Shown: positions 24,520 through 38,589 of the stretch, in pieces | Numbering within the stretch: position 1 is the first letter of the stretch | Layout of the letters: each line of letters opens with the position of its first letter | The notes under the pieces: generated by a model | What the model was told of the DNA's origin: nothing | What the model saw: only the letters and a program-made list of their open reading frames with translations | Databases searched by the model: none | Assembly (NCBI GenBank): GCA_021613535.1 | Contig: CP075496.1 | Span: 372,001 to 436,000 of the forward strand | Length of the DNA: 64,000 nucleotides | From: Adineta vaga | Taxonomy: Eukaryota; Animalia; Rotifera | Direction: 5' to 3' | Made by a program: the position numbers and the translations under genes

Positions 24520-24906
24520 TTAGACAGCTGTATTAGTTTGTGATTGTTGTCCTCTTGACGCTCTAGCCACAGTAGCCAATCTTTCCTCATGATTCCGTGC
24601 ATTTCCTTGTAACTTTCGAAAACACATCAATACTAATTGTTTGACTTCGTTTCGAAATGCTTTGGAGGTGAAAGTGTAAACAAAAAATGTCGTACTATAA
24701 TTTAAGTACACCAGAAATGATTGCACAAAAAAATTAACAAACGCCTCGATTTGTTTTCGTTCGGTAGATTTACTCGCTGCCATGCTCGCAGTCGCTTGAT
24801 TATAAATTTGCACTATTGGAAACGGGAGCGTGCAGAGAACGTAGACTAATACTTCTACCAGTACAAGTCTAATTAATGAACTATCTCGTTTATTCAAACG
24901 ATTATT

Positions 24907-24957
<51 letters not shown>

Positions 24958-25578
24958 GCCAATTGGTTGAACCCGTGTGCGTAGTTTACGTAGATTATTC
25001 ATGAGCAGGATGCCCATGACAATCATTAGAAGAAGAGGTAACAAGCTACCAAAAATTGTGCCATAAATGACGAATACTTGTCCAAAGACTCCATACACAC
25101 CACATCGTCCATTCTCGATACTTTCCCAAATGAGAAGCTGACTCGAAAGTACACTCCAAACGGCTAGCATAACAACAACCCCACGATATGCAATTTGTGG
25201 TCGACTCAAAGCTCGAATAGAGGCGTTGGCACTAGATACAGCATAACGATCAGCACATCTTAGTACGAGTATATAACGAAAGCACTGGGCGCAAGTCTGA
25301 AGAAAAAAGCCACGAATACGACAAAATGCTAAGGAATTGTTTACCAAATCATAACGATCGAGTGCCACCAGAGTTGGAACTATACTCCAGTTAGCACCCA
25401 TCAAACAAAAAAACGACGAAGCTATCAGATATATTCCACAAGAATTTGTTCGAAACTTTTTGTGCAGATAAATTGCAAGCATGCACAAATTTCCCACATT
25501 ACCAAAAGCAAGAACTACGGGAAGTACATAACGAGTAATAGCTGTCTGAACAAGAACAAGCGTAGAGCCTGTCGACAT
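24520..25578 (-). CDS. Rhodopsin-like 7TM GPCR, intronless, poly-Asn tract in intracellular loop 3
   Basis: GNVGN in TM1, CADRYA at the DRY position, seven hydrophobic segments, FFVYTFTSKAFR; (AAC)n at ~24902-24957. Confidence 0.9.
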
Positions 25579-25744
25579 GATTTTGAACTAATAGATATAT
25601 AAACAAATAATATGAATTGTGTTAGATCGAAGAAAGTAATTCCGATAATGTTTCAGCAGAACTAGTCGAAGCAACGTTGATGAAAAGAAAAAGTGATAGG
25701 ATTGTAAGTCGAAAGGAACGTTTATATACTATACATAAGAAGAT

Positions 25745-27237
25745 ATGTATGACGTCTGAAAAAGTAACTTCATCACTTCCGATATTAATCAAATGAGAGC
25801 ATGTATATGTTCATATCAAACTAATAGAGGAAGCGATAGGGTTACTTTTTAAAAAATCATGCACTTTTTCTGAAACGCAATTCATAAATTATTTTCTCAT
25901 CTTACAAATTTTTGTTTTTGAATATCAGTAACATACGTGAGTATATGCACGGAAAAAAAAGAAGTGCAGAAAAAAGTAAACCCTCTGAACCATTTTCTGA
26001 TCGTTAAATCAGTGTATCGACGATTTTACCGGTATTTCGCAAGTTTTTGGATGATTTTTATCGATTTTGAACAGTTTTTGATCACTGCAATTCTCTGGGT
26101 CTGTTACTTAGATGTTCCGAATATGTTTGATAAATGAAAATATAGTGTAGTAAGGTTTGTAATGTTTTGCGTTTCAGAAACAAGAAAAAAACAAATGGAT
26201 TTCGTAATTTGCGTGATTTCTAACGATTTCAGATGATAGAAGAGAAATCAACTTTGAGGTGGAAAAAACAGCGCTGTCGGGCGGTGTAATTACTGGAGAT
26301 CACCAAACTGAAAATATAATACGGAAACCAAGAATAATCATAAAAAATAGCACGAATCAGATGAAACTTTGGAAGGGATATGCCAGATATAATGATTTCC
26401 CTTTATTTCTGTAACTTCGACTGATTCCTACGTGGTTTCTGGTTGCAAATGAATTTCTTCCTCAGGATCTGTTTACAATAGTATAATTGATTTCAAAGAT
26501 TAACTGCTCTCTCTACCATATACTGTTTAATACTGCAATAATAATTTCTTTCAATGTACCATGACTATTTATATTCACCAACATTTCAGTATTACTCTTT
26601 TATTCGATAAACATATGATCATAGTCATTATTCAGTTTGATTTCGCTTGATAAATTATACCGTAATAAGTTCCAAATGTAAATTGCGATCATTTCTTGAC
26701 AACTGATCACTTCGGGTCTGATTAGAAACAGTCGGCTATGGGAATTGGATCCGATCGGCTGCGAATTTATGTATCTTGTCGAAAATTGTCGGATGCGATT
26801 GCTGGATACCAAGTGAAATTAATAGATTGCATCGGAATCCGTTGAGAAGTGGCCAACCGGATCCGATGTACACGTTTTGACCTGGAGTGTTTAATTGTAT
26901 GCGACGATAGACTCTCTATTTGAAGATTTATTATTCTGTACCTATTCTTTTAGTAATAGGCATTGACGTATATTACTAATAACCGGAAATGAGAAATCCT
27001 AAGATTAAAGGACAAATTATGACTTGCATTTGAGAAATTGTGTATGACGTCTTAAAAAGTAACTTCATCACTTCCGATATCAATCAAATGAGGATATATA
27101 TATATATGTTCATATCTAATTGATAGAGGAAGCGATAGGATTACTTTTTTAAGACATCGTATACTTTTTCTTAAACACAACTCATAAATTGTTCTTTGAT
27201 CTTATAATTTCTCATTTTCGATTATTAGTAATATACA
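25745..27237 (+). repeat. ~190-bp diverged direct duplication (25745-25935 and 27040-27237) upstream of the GPCR
   Basis: Both copies read gtatgacgtct..aaaagtaacttcatcacttccgatat.aatcaaatgag...tagaggaagcgatagg. Confidence 0.8.
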
Positions 27238-27389
27238 TATGTTAGAATGTGTTTGTCGATGCTGCCCTGTTCGTTTATTTCTAACTATATCTTCAAACGT
27301 ATATATGTGAACAACGTACCATTAAACTAATGCTCCTTTATAATAAGTAACCGATACAATTTTCATTGAACACAAATACAATCTTTACA

Positions 27390-27850
27390 TCTACCATATT
27401 TAGGTACCCACCTCGCTTCATCATCACCCAAATCATACGATTTATCACCACATACGTACAGAGCTCAAACATTCGAACGCTGATTGATGATAAAGACGAT
27501 TTCGATAGAGTTCGCCAACAAATTCTGCATAAACCAACTATTACAGAATATCAACTTGCCTCCAGATTAACCAAAATCCAGAATACTCCACATGACTATT
27601 CTTCTCCAAATCTCGTATTCAAAAACAAAACATCTAAACATTTGAAAATAGGACAGCTAAATCATCATCCATTATACTCTTGATCGATCTCTACTATCGC
27701 ACAAACAAGCCGTGCATCGACTCTGGAATGACACATTTCGTCGGACACCAGTTATTCATACACGACTGAGCATTGGCAATCGCAACAATCCCAACATGAA
27801 GCAGTAGCTTATCCGTTTTGATACAATCAAACGACAGGGAAATAACACAA
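27390..27850 (+). mobile_element. Decayed 3' fragment of a Penelope-like/Athena-type reverse transcriptase
   Basis: YPPRFI...FDRVRQQILHKPTITEYQ, then after a frameshift IIHYT...VHRLWNDTFRRTPVIHTRLSIGNRNNPN. Resembles C-termini of bdelloid PLE RTs; recognised from memory, not searched. Confidence 0.55.
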
Positions 27851-28437
27851 CAGAAAAGACACAAACGATTGAAAACACTTCTCACAAACACGGACAGTTT
27901 TTGTATAAAACTACCGATAATTTCTTGAAATAAACGTTCTTCTCATCTAACATTAAAATGCACTTCGAAAATATTAAATACAAGAAAACAAAGTATACTG
28001 TTTTTCATCGTAAAACCATCCGACATTGTCATTCTCCGAGATTTCTTATGGTTATTCTAGCTCATCTGTGATTTTCGAATCATTTGGATAATCTTAGGAT
28101 ATAAACTATCTGATGAATCCCTTTAGCAAAGACGAAATCGCGATCGTAGATGGATGGAAGTTAGCAGCATATTCGAATATTTCCTACTGACATTCGCTTA
28201 GGTATTTGGAATATATGCGAAATGTTTCCGTATGAATTACAGCATAGTATTTTCATTGCTGTAATCTTTTGTAAATGAAGATTTTATACAACTGTAAGTT
28301 ATGGAAATCCTTGAAAATCAGTTTCAATGTAAATTCGTACGTTTAAATAATTGTAGATGCCATATGTTCTATACTTTTCATGTGGCAGATTAGAAAAGTA
28401 GAATTTTTGCCGAAATAGACTATTTAAAAGATCATAT

Positions 28438-29238
28438 CTCATGTCACCTGAATCGGCTCAATATCGACGATTTACCGCGATTTACCATGCCGATAGCTTG
28501 TGAGATCTATCGCGTGTAAAGCAGCCCAAAATAGCGATTTTTCTCGATTTTTTTGGCGATTTTTGCACAAATCGCGATCCAAATGCGATTTTTCGCTTAT
28601 TATTTCGAGTAACTTATTCAAGCTACTATCCTCGTATTTTAATATATTTTTGTTAGTCCTCAATTGTTGTAAATTCGTAGAAGTCATTTTGAGCACTAGA
28701 AAAACATGTTTCTTCTCCATAGAACGATTATTCTTTTTGACATACAATTAAAAACCAAATAAAAGGGACGGAAATAAACATCAAAACATCGAAGTGCTTA
28801 TAAAAGTATACATATAATTACTTAATAACGAGAAATAAATAAGCGAACAACAAGAGTTTAACTAGAAAAATGAACCACAGAAGTCAATTTAAAAATCAAC
28901 TAAATTACTTGTTTAGCTCATCTTTACCATCTGGTTGCTCATTATATTCGTTATCTGGAAGTTCATCGATCATAACACGAGAACTTTCAGAGGTTCGTTT
29001 CCCGACCCAGAGTCCACTGTATATTTTCAATTTGATTTTCTTCACGTAAAAAATAATTCACTAAACGTATCATTGGTCGATTGGTATTCAGTGAAAATAT
29101 TAAAAATCGTCGCTCAATCGCGATATATCACTTCTGATTAGAAAATCGCTCACGCTTCAGTGAAACCGCGATTAATCGTTAACATTTTCGAAAACCACGA
29201 TTAATCGACCAAACCTGCCCGATTTCGAAGACATGGGG
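28438..29238. mobile_element. Degenerate MITE-like element with atcgcg/cgattt sub-repeats at both ends
   Basis: Imperfect inverted ends catgtc...aatcgg / ccgatt...gacatg, with CpG-rich sub-repeats in opposite orientation. Confidence 0.35.
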
Positions 29239-30574
29239 TAGGTATAATTGAGATGCCATCAACATGTAGATTGTCGTTAGTGATATTATGTGTTCAAATG
29301 AATGAGTTTAATCAAAAACACAGAGAGATGCGAACAGACTTGTTTAAATGAATAACAAACGATCAGATAGAATACAGAGAAAATAAAAGATATCGACATA
29401 TATAAATCGGGCAGAGTGAAGAAAGAAAAAAATATATAGACATCATATGTAATACAAGAAAAGTTGGTATATATCATTGAATTAAGAGAGAATAAGATTC
29501 ATCATATATCCCATTGAAAATATTATTCCTCAATTTGTTTCACCTCAAAAACGTGTTGATTATAATTGCAAAATGTATAGTGCCAATTCGACGAGCATTC
29601 GACCATCATGATAATGACACATCCCAAACGATTTGTATCATCGAAATGATAATAAGTACCACCTTGTGCTTTGATAATTGCGGTGAAGTGTTCATTTGTG
29701 TTGGTGATACCGGCAGAGAGATTAGAGCTAAATATTATGCAAAATGAATGAGATCTGCAAATGTTGTAAACTTACGTATATTCACCAATATAAAGAGGGT
29801 CTGATAATTCTGTCATAGATGCAGAAATTTTCCCAACATCAACAATAACAAACGATGCTTTGTGTATAAATTTTACTTTGTCTACTATTCGAGTAGCTTC
29901 ACATTTATAATGCTTTCTAAAATTCAATACTGTTCATATGAAAATGGGTAAGATTGGCACTTACTCCATACGAGTTACATTTGTCTCTACATCCACAACC
30001 GGAAATTTGTCGTCAACTGAATATTCTGCTGGATATTTTCGAATTTTAAAACGACCGTGATCTATTCGATATTGATGTTCTCGTTTGCTGGCAAAATTTG
30101 GTATGAAATTCATGAATTCACGATTGACTCTCCTACATTGAGAATAATACAAATTATAAACTATATATGATGAATCAATGAAAAGAATTCAATCAGTATG
30201 TAAACAGTCGACTGATGAGACAAAATTGTTTGATAAAGAATTAAATTATGAAACATTGAAATGTGCGACTAATTCGACATATCCTATTTATCTATTCTAA
30301 TATACCTAATATTATCGCTGGTAATACACTAGTTTCTAAATTCTAAATCAAAATTAACTATGAATTTCTATCCACTAAAATACATTCTTCAATGTTTCAG
30401 AAATAGACGAAATCGAGAATTATTCAGCTTTAGCTCAACATTTGCTTCTTGTCTCTTTTCTGTATGTGTGCTACTTGCATAATGATAGCAATTATTAGAA
30501 CAATCCAACGTTTACTGTTTCGATTTCAATAAACGAAATGAGAAAAAAATTCATTCTGTGTATTATTAAATCAC

Positions 30575-31128
30575 TTATTGAAAGAGAAGAGCAAAAACAA
30601 TTGCTGTTTGTAAATATTCATGGATTTGATCGCTTGATACTTCTCAAAAATGCATGACCCATACTTATTTTCCTTCGTATAAGGCTCTTAAACAAACGTC
30701 TAATCGCTGGTTGGCCTGCCCCGGTCGGTCACTCGCGACTAGTCGCTAACATGCATGGCCTTTTCTCTATTTTCCTTTCAATCATGTGAGTGTAATGCAA
30801 GATATTAGCTAATTAATTAATAAGTAATCAAGTAGAACCGACGTCAGATTCGAGATCCTCGACCCCGATAACTCTTCGGTCAACAGCTTATTTAACAGTA
30901 TAGTAATTTATAATTAGCTAATCAATTAATTCTAATTTTCAAAAACTAACACCAGATTCAAGATCCTCGACTTCGATTACCCCAGGTTAACTTTTTTTCG
31001 TTACCTAGATCATTTTCTAGCATTTTACTGAATGCTGAATTCTGATTGGATGGGCCGGACAGAGAAACTTTTTGCATTTCGAGCCGATGATTTTAACGCT
31101 ATATAACCCTTTCTTTCAGAAAAGGGAA
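30575..31128. mobile_element. Shorter copy of the 1863-3228 repeat family
   Basis: Shared 5' block, two agattc(g/a)agatcctcgac repeats, and a terminal hairpin cccttttct-ttc-agaaaaggg. Confidence 0.6.
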
Positions 31129-31486
31129 AAATAATTAATTATTATCAATGACAGAACGGGAAACATGTGAACCTGTTTTTTTTATTTCGATTTGCATTTT
31201 AATACGAATTATAGCAGCGCTACATCTATAGCTTCTGTGATGAGAGTGTAGATGTCGATGTTGCTTTTCTTTACCCCACTCACAGGAACCTATCCATCGA
31301 TCTTCTTATTAAATTTGATTGAAATACTTTCTTCTTCTACATTATATAAAACAAACAAATGAATTATTTTGGCCTCTTTTTCGAGTCAAGTCAGTCTTTT
31401 CATTACGTTGTTTAAAATTGTATTTGTTTAAAGAGAAATGTTATTGAGAAGAGATTGTTTCTTTCATTCGTGAACAATCTGGTAAA

Positions 31487-33316
31487 ATGGCAAGACGAAG
31501 CAAATCGAGTACTGCTTCAGTTTCACATGTACGCCGCCCTCATTCCCGTACTAATAAAGTAAGCTTGTCGTTTTTATGGTTCATCTTAAGAAATTTTATT
31601 TTAGTACGAAAAAGCTTCAGCAAACAAAACTATTCATTTAAACATTCGAGCACTGACAACTGTCTCTTCTATAAGCTCCCATGATAATGATCACGGTCAA
31701 CAAAAACAAAGTAAATCTAACAAAGGATCCACACTTTCCCGGTCTATTACTGACATCGATCAATTTCATCATTCGGTTTCACGTGTAATAAAATCCGGTC
31801 TGAATTCTTCCGACAAACTGTCGTCATCAGAGTCGTCACAAATAACTCCTTCTCAGGTTATATCTACAAACTTTTCCCCTCAGTGTGACACAACGATTTT
31901 TTTTTAGAATGAACGTGTTATTGGCCGAAGCGAAGTAAACCATTATTTCTTGTCTATTTTTCTAACATTCATTTTTTAGATTAAGAAAAACGAATGGACA
32001 AATGGAAAAGGGATGATCGACGATTTTCATCGGGAAAAGACAAAGAATAAGAAAATAAAGTTTGTAGAAAACTATTTCACTTTCGATTTATTTAGCTAAT
32101 CTTAGATGTACACCTCGGTACGTCATGGCAAGCTTAATTGGAACTTCAATTATTCTGTTAATCATAGTTGGGATTCTTCTTCTGTTCTTGATTAAACCTA
32201 AATCAACAAAAACAGTGCCAGGTAACATTTTTTTGTTATCTGATTACAAGTTTCGTGGTCTATATTGATATAGGTTATATACCTGAACTGCGATGGAACT
32301 CGACTGGTATTACAGTGGCTGGTACCAGTGGCATGCCAGGTAATGCAAGTCACCAATTGAATGATCCCGGTGATATCATACTAGATTATGAAAATAACCT
32401 TTACATTGCTGATCGAAAAAATAATCGAATCCAAAAATATTTGTTCGGTAGCCAAAATGGAACGACAGTCACTGGCAGTGGAATATATAATCATTCTCAG
32501 TATCAGCTCTCGAATCCTGCACGTGTGATAATGGATTCTAATCGAAATCTATATATATCAGATACATCGTATCATCGAATTCAGTTTTGGCCGAACAATG
32601 CTAATTACACAATGACAACGGCTGGCATTACAAGTAAGAGAAAAATAATAATTGATCTTTTTCAGGACCACTTCATAAGACATATACTGGTTCTTGTTTG
32701 ATATAGAAAATTTTCTCCAATTCTTCTCTTAGATATGTTCGGAAACTCAAGCAATCAACTGAATTATCCCATTGGCATTGCACTTCATCCAACATCAGGT
32801 GAACTTTATATATCAGATCAATTTAATCATCGAATTATGTCACACACGTTTGGTACTAATTTCAGCACTTTGCTTTTCGGTGGCAATGGAGGAGGAACAA
32901 ATAATACAAAGTTATATTATCCTTACGGTCTACATCTGGATTTATTTTCAAACAGTCTCATCATTGCTAATACTTACGCTAATAATATCGTTCGATATGT
33001 ATTTGGTGCAAATACGTGGACACTTGTTGCAGGGAATGTCAGTGGTTTGGCAGGTAGCACTTCGACACATTTGAATAGTCCCTATGAAGCGATACTGGAT
33101 CCTATGGGTAATCTCTACGTAGCTGATAGAAACAATCATCGCATTCAATTTTTTAAAGCTGGTCAATCAGATGGTGTCACTATCGCAGGTACAGGCGCTA
33201 ATGGTATTAGTGCCACGACACTGACATCGCCCAGATCTTTGAGACTTGATAGCCAACTTAACTTGTATGTGGCAGATACAGGCAATCATCGAATACAAAA
33301 GTTTTTACGTTATTAG
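31487..33316 (+). CDS. Type II membrane NHL-repeat protein, ~7 exons
   Basis: In-frame GT-AG exons ~31487-31558, 31605-31856, 31908-31934, 31980-32059, 32107-32221 (TM ASLIGTSIILLIIVGILLLFLI), 32274-32633, 32733-33316. Repeated LYIADRKNNRIQK / LYVADTGNHRIQK. Confidence 0.85.
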
Positions 33317-33408
33317 CTAATTTCCATAACTATCGTTTTCATTGCTTTGCTTTTTACATTTTTCTAATAGAATTTCGTTTGAAAATTTTCTTATTACCAA
33401 CTTTACAG

Positions 33409-33505
33409 TGAAGGTGTGGATGGGGGTATAATGTAGGTGAGGGTGTGAGGGCGAAAGTAGTATATTTGCATCCTCATCTCACGCTCACCCACACCCACAC
33501 CCTAT
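33409..33505. repeat. Telomere-like palindromic boundary element, site G
   Basis: tgaaggtgtggatggggg...gtgagggtgtgagggcg...cctcatctcacgctcacccacacccacaccctatt. Confidence 0.8.
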
Positions 33506-35119
33506 TTAACTAGTTTCCTAGATTTTTCTAGTTATCACAAGTTATTGTCTATTCTCTTCTATCGATATATTCAGATTTTCGATGATAATGAAAAAGGTGA
33601 ATTTAATTATGAAGCAAAATTTTCTTCATAATATGATTACTTTATTTCTTTACATCTTTCCCTCGATTCCAATTTCCAAATAGTTTTGTCTATAAGAACA
33701 TTTTCGTCTCTCTCGTTCTTCTTCTACATTGTGGACACCATGTTTTCTACTAATTAAGAAAAAATGTCCTCAACGTTAAAAATATGTTCTTATCAATGAT
33801 CCTATAGACAAATTGAAAATTTTAACATAATATATATCTCATTTATTTATCATTATATAGAAATAAAAGCAGAAGAAATACTTGTGTTTATTTGGCCTTA
33901 AAAGAAATAATTACATATATTTGACAATTCAAGTCTAATGTGAACATATAAGAGATAAACATATGCTACAATAAAATCATGAATTCATTGTTTTCTTCTT
34001 GTACAATAAGTTAGGTAATACTTGGAGTATCGCAAAAGTAATAACATTATTTTCTTTTTATTTAATAAAACATTTCTTCTTGCGTCTTTCTATAGAATAT
34101 ACATACTTATGATGACTAGTAATGATTTTAATCGATCGACGTAATAAGAATTGCTATCCTTCTTGATTCGAAAATGATTTTCTTTCACGTATGAGAACAT
34201 CAAATTAAAGTTTTTTATTAGCTTATGTTCCTAAAAATATTATGTGCGTTAATATATTACTTTTTCAGATCTGGAAATGTTCTTCTTTGCATCAAAGCAT
34301 TACTGTTTAGATGTATGCTCATTTTTTTAATCAAAAAGCTTCTTTTTCATTTTGTGATGGTATGAAGTTACAGTTGATAAAATCTGTCTATCATATGTAT
34401 TCTCATTAGAAAATGACTTCTCATATAGTTTTTCGATGTTTACAAAAGTTTTTTACATTCATCAGTCTATTTTCTTTGAAGAGTAGATCGCACTTTTTTA
34501 ACGAAGTTTGATGTTTTATCATCTACCTGTTTTGTATTCGTCAAGACTTTTTGCCGTAAATATTAAAAAAAAATTTCGATATACACTCATAAAATAGTGT
34601 TCTTCACCAATATTATTATTTTTTTAAATGTTTACAGCTATTACAGGTAAGTGTTTTGGATACGTCTTTTGTGTATTTTATATTGATATAGGAGAAAAGA
34701 ATTGTTTTTGCTATGATATTCTCAAAAACATATCCTAATATGTGATTTAGTATCAGGTAAACTTTAAAACAGATTGTGTTCTACTCTTCTACGTATATTG
34801 GAAGGTGACTCTATGGTCTTTTCAAATTCCTTTTGAATGATAAGTCAGGGCTCGAAATGGACTTATTTAGGTCCGGAGGTTGTTTCTGTTTACAACGATC
34901 TTGTCAATAGAATCAAAAGATTTCTTCACTACAATCATCTTCGTGTTTGAGAAAATGACTGGTTTTATTCCATGTTACAGCCACATTCTAGACATTGAGA
35001 TGATGTTCATGAGAGGAGATAGGTTAATTTGCCGAAATCGAAAATAAATTTCACAGTGAAAGTGACACAACAATTTTGAGATCATCCTCTCATCAGAAAG
35101 TGATATATTTTTCTTGTCA

Positions 35120-35178
35120 ATAGGGTGTGGGTGTGGGTATATCTTCTTCACTCATATCTACACCCATCCTCAAGATGG
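35120..35178. repeat. Telomere-like palindromic boundary element, site H
   Basis: atagggtgtgggtgtgggtatatcttcttcactcatatctacacccatcctcaagatgg. Confidence 0.85.
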
Positions 35179-35835
35179 ATTTTTTAAAATTAAATGATAT
35201 ACTTCTCGCTCTATGTTTGAATTTAATTTCAGATTACTATATTTAATAGCACACACGTACCATTAATAATTAAAAACAGATCTATTCACGAAGCAACCAA
35301 ATTAAAGTGTTTATTATACGACTCAATATATTTATTCTCATCATATCAAACAACTGGTTGAATAACTAGTATGTATTCTCTCTTTCTTTTTCTCCTTCTT
35401 AAGTTTAATATTTGCAACAATAATTATCAAAACTGTCTTTTTTACATAGACTTCTATTGTATTGAACTATAATAAATGATGAGGAACTGTAGGTTTTGCT
35501 CTATTCAATATCTCTTTGTGATCTAATCAAACTTTTTCGGATTGACTGTACTACAACAGAAGTTGTAAATAATACCGATACTGTTGGCAAGAAATAGAGC
35601 GAGTTCAAACATATTCCCGTAACGTATAGTTGATGAACATCAGTTTTTATCAAATGTAGATCATTAAGAAATTTTCCTTCAATACGAATGTTTCTTCTGA
35701 TTTTGAAACGTGAAAATAAAGTACTCTTGTTTTTACCCTTTTTATATTTATACTTTTTTGTAGAAATCTTGTATACTGTCTGTTAAAACTATCAGTCTTC
35801 ATTGTAAAGTTTAATTTGATTTCATCTCATTTCTA

Positions 35836-38589
35836 GTGTCAGATTTTCTACGACATATTCGTCAATGGTTAAGAAAATTCACAGAATTTATTCAAACTCT
35901 TAATCTTTTCAAATCTGTTCCACCATCAATCAATGAACATGACCTTCGAAATGAACGAATATCAACAAGATTATTTATTATTATATTATTTCTCTCGTTA
36001 ACAATTCTTCTCTTATATAATTCATTAATCAATATTACACAAACGATGAATGTAAAAACACCTAATTTTCAAGAATATTCAAATCTTTATTTAACATATT
36101 CAGAATCTTTAACTTGTTCATGTACAAAAATATCGATTAACTATGAAGAATTTCTTCATATTGATTATACATTGCATCAAGTGTGTAATAGTATATTTAT
36201 TACGCAAAAATGGATTGATTATCTCCGTTCTTCTATGTATTATGATTTTGACCTTTACTGGAGTGATGATTTTCGAGCATTGAACGTATTTTTTCAGTTG
36301 ATTCATAGAACAATCTCAAATAGTTTAAGTGAATTCTATTCACATAAATTTGTTAGTGCAATTGTTGCATCTTCGGATGTATTTCAATCACAAACTCAAA
36401 TATTAATTGATCAATTTATCTCATCAACAGAAAAAAACTTTCTTCTATCTCTCTCAATGATACGAGGTACCACACAAGGTAATGCTTTATATACTGCACA
36501 ACAAACAAATTATAATTTGTTGGGACAATCTGATAATTACGAAGTATATGTGTATCCACGTGTGTATTATGGTTGTAGTTGTGATATTTTAAGTACATGT
36601 GGTAAAGAAATACTTTTATATGCCTATTCAGAAAATGAAACAGAAACTAGTGTACCAAATTTATATATCGGATGTTATATGATTGAATCTCTTCTTCGAT
36701 CTAATCTTATACCTTTTTATAACCAAACATATATAAGAGAGCTTGAGTCATATTTTATATATGCTTTACCGATAAATGTAACAGCTCTTGATTCATCATT
36801 ACCAAGTAGATACTTTGTCAATTCAACTATACAACAAATTCTTAATGAATTAATGATAGAACAATGGAATACATCAATTACATATGAAAAATATTATAAT
36901 CAATGTCAACCATCACAATGTATTTATACTTACTCAACCAAGAATAATATTATCTATATTATTACTACATTATTTGGATTGATTGGCGGTTTAATAACTG
37001 TTTTGAAAATAATCATACCTAGTTTGGTCAAGTTTATAAGACGAAAAAAAGAGTTTCAACGGCACCACACGGTAAGATGTTTAAAATGAGATTATACTGT
37101 GTTATATATTTCAGTAGAATTTGTTTTTCATTGATCTTTCTTTTCCAACGAGAACAAAGTAGCATTATGCAATGTGAATTAGAAAAGAAATCACTTAATG
37201 TACTTTTTATGATAAACATATTCAACGACTATATAATATAGATTATGTCTTAAACTTATTCTGATTACATATATATCATAGTAATAGACTTTTCTTTTTT
37301 TCTTAGTAAACACGACGAATAGACCAAATGTTAGTCTACTTTCAAAATCAAAAATGTATTTCACAACATTAAATTTTTTTCAATCTGTTCCACCATCAAT
37401 CAATGAACATGATCTTCGAAATGAACGAATATCAACAAGATTATTTATTATTATCTTATTTCTTTCATTAACAATTCTTCTCTTATATAATTCATTAATC
37501 AATATTACACAAACTATTAATATAAAAACATCTAATTTTCAAGAATATTCAAATCTTTATTTAACATATTCAGAATCTTTAACATGTTCATGTACAAAAA
37601 TATCGATTAACTATGAAGAATTTCTTCGTATTGATTATACATTACATCAAGTGTGTAATAGTATATTTATTACACAAGATTGGATTGATTATCTTGATAA
37701 TAATCGTTTATATGAATATATATTTCTTGGTGATTTTCGAAGTACAGGTTCGTCAACATTTCAAGCATTGAATACACTTTGTTACATTGTTAATCGAACA
37801 ATTTCTAATAGTTTACATGAATTCTATTCAGATGAATATATTAGTGCAGTTGTTACATCTTCGGATGTATTTCAATCACAAACTCAAACATTAATTGATC
37901 AATTTATTTCATCATCGACAAGTAATTTTCTTCTTTTCTTCGATGTTATACGTAGTACAACTCAAGTCAATCGTTTAATGCCAGCATCTCAAACAAATTT
38001 CTATTTCTTTTATTTTTCGTCGACGGGATATATATTCACAACTCCATGGCAATACGGCACCTGTTACTGCGATGATTCAGCAACATGTGCAATGAATTAT
38101 CCCATCTACAACTATTACGGTAACGACACATTATTTGATGTACCAGAATTCTATCTTGGATGTTATGTTATTGAAGGACTTCTTCAGTCTACTCTCGAAT
38201 GTTTTTATAATCAAACATGTCTAAATCAAATACAATCATATATAACATATACTTCATCAATGAATATAACAGCTCTTGATTCATCATTACCGAGTAGATA
38301 CTTTGTCAATTCAACTATACAACAAATTCTTAATGAATTAATGATCGAACAATGGAATACAACCATTACATATGAAAAATATTATAATCAATGTCAACCA
38401 TCTCAGTGTACTTATGTTCATCAAAAAAAGAATAGTGTAATTTACATTGTTACTACATTACTTGGGTTAGTTGGTGGTTTAGTAACAGTTTTAAAATTTG
38501 TCTTACCACGATTAATAAAATTCCTATCATGGATTATTTCAAAACGGCAACCAAGAATAATTTCGCAAATGTCAACTATCCAGACTTAA
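35836..38589 (+). CDS. Uncharacterised membrane protein with two tandem ~410-aa TM-(Cys-containing ectodomain)-TM units; 5' exon unresolved
   Basis: ORFs 35836-37089 and 37354-38589 are paralogous (ERISTRLFII, LTCSCTKISINY, YEKYYNQCQPSQC). Candidate intron 37072-37306; acceptor at 35836. Confidence 0.7.

Noticed and set aside
25945-26890. Possible transposon ends (cacggaaaaaaa at ~25948; ggatccga-rich stretch ending cgttttgacctgg)
   Set aside because: No matching partner ends could be identified.
31239-31300. Possible extra boundary site upstream of the NHL gene (gatgagagtgtagatgtc...taccccactcac)
   Set aside because: Too degenerate to count, although its position would fit the pattern.
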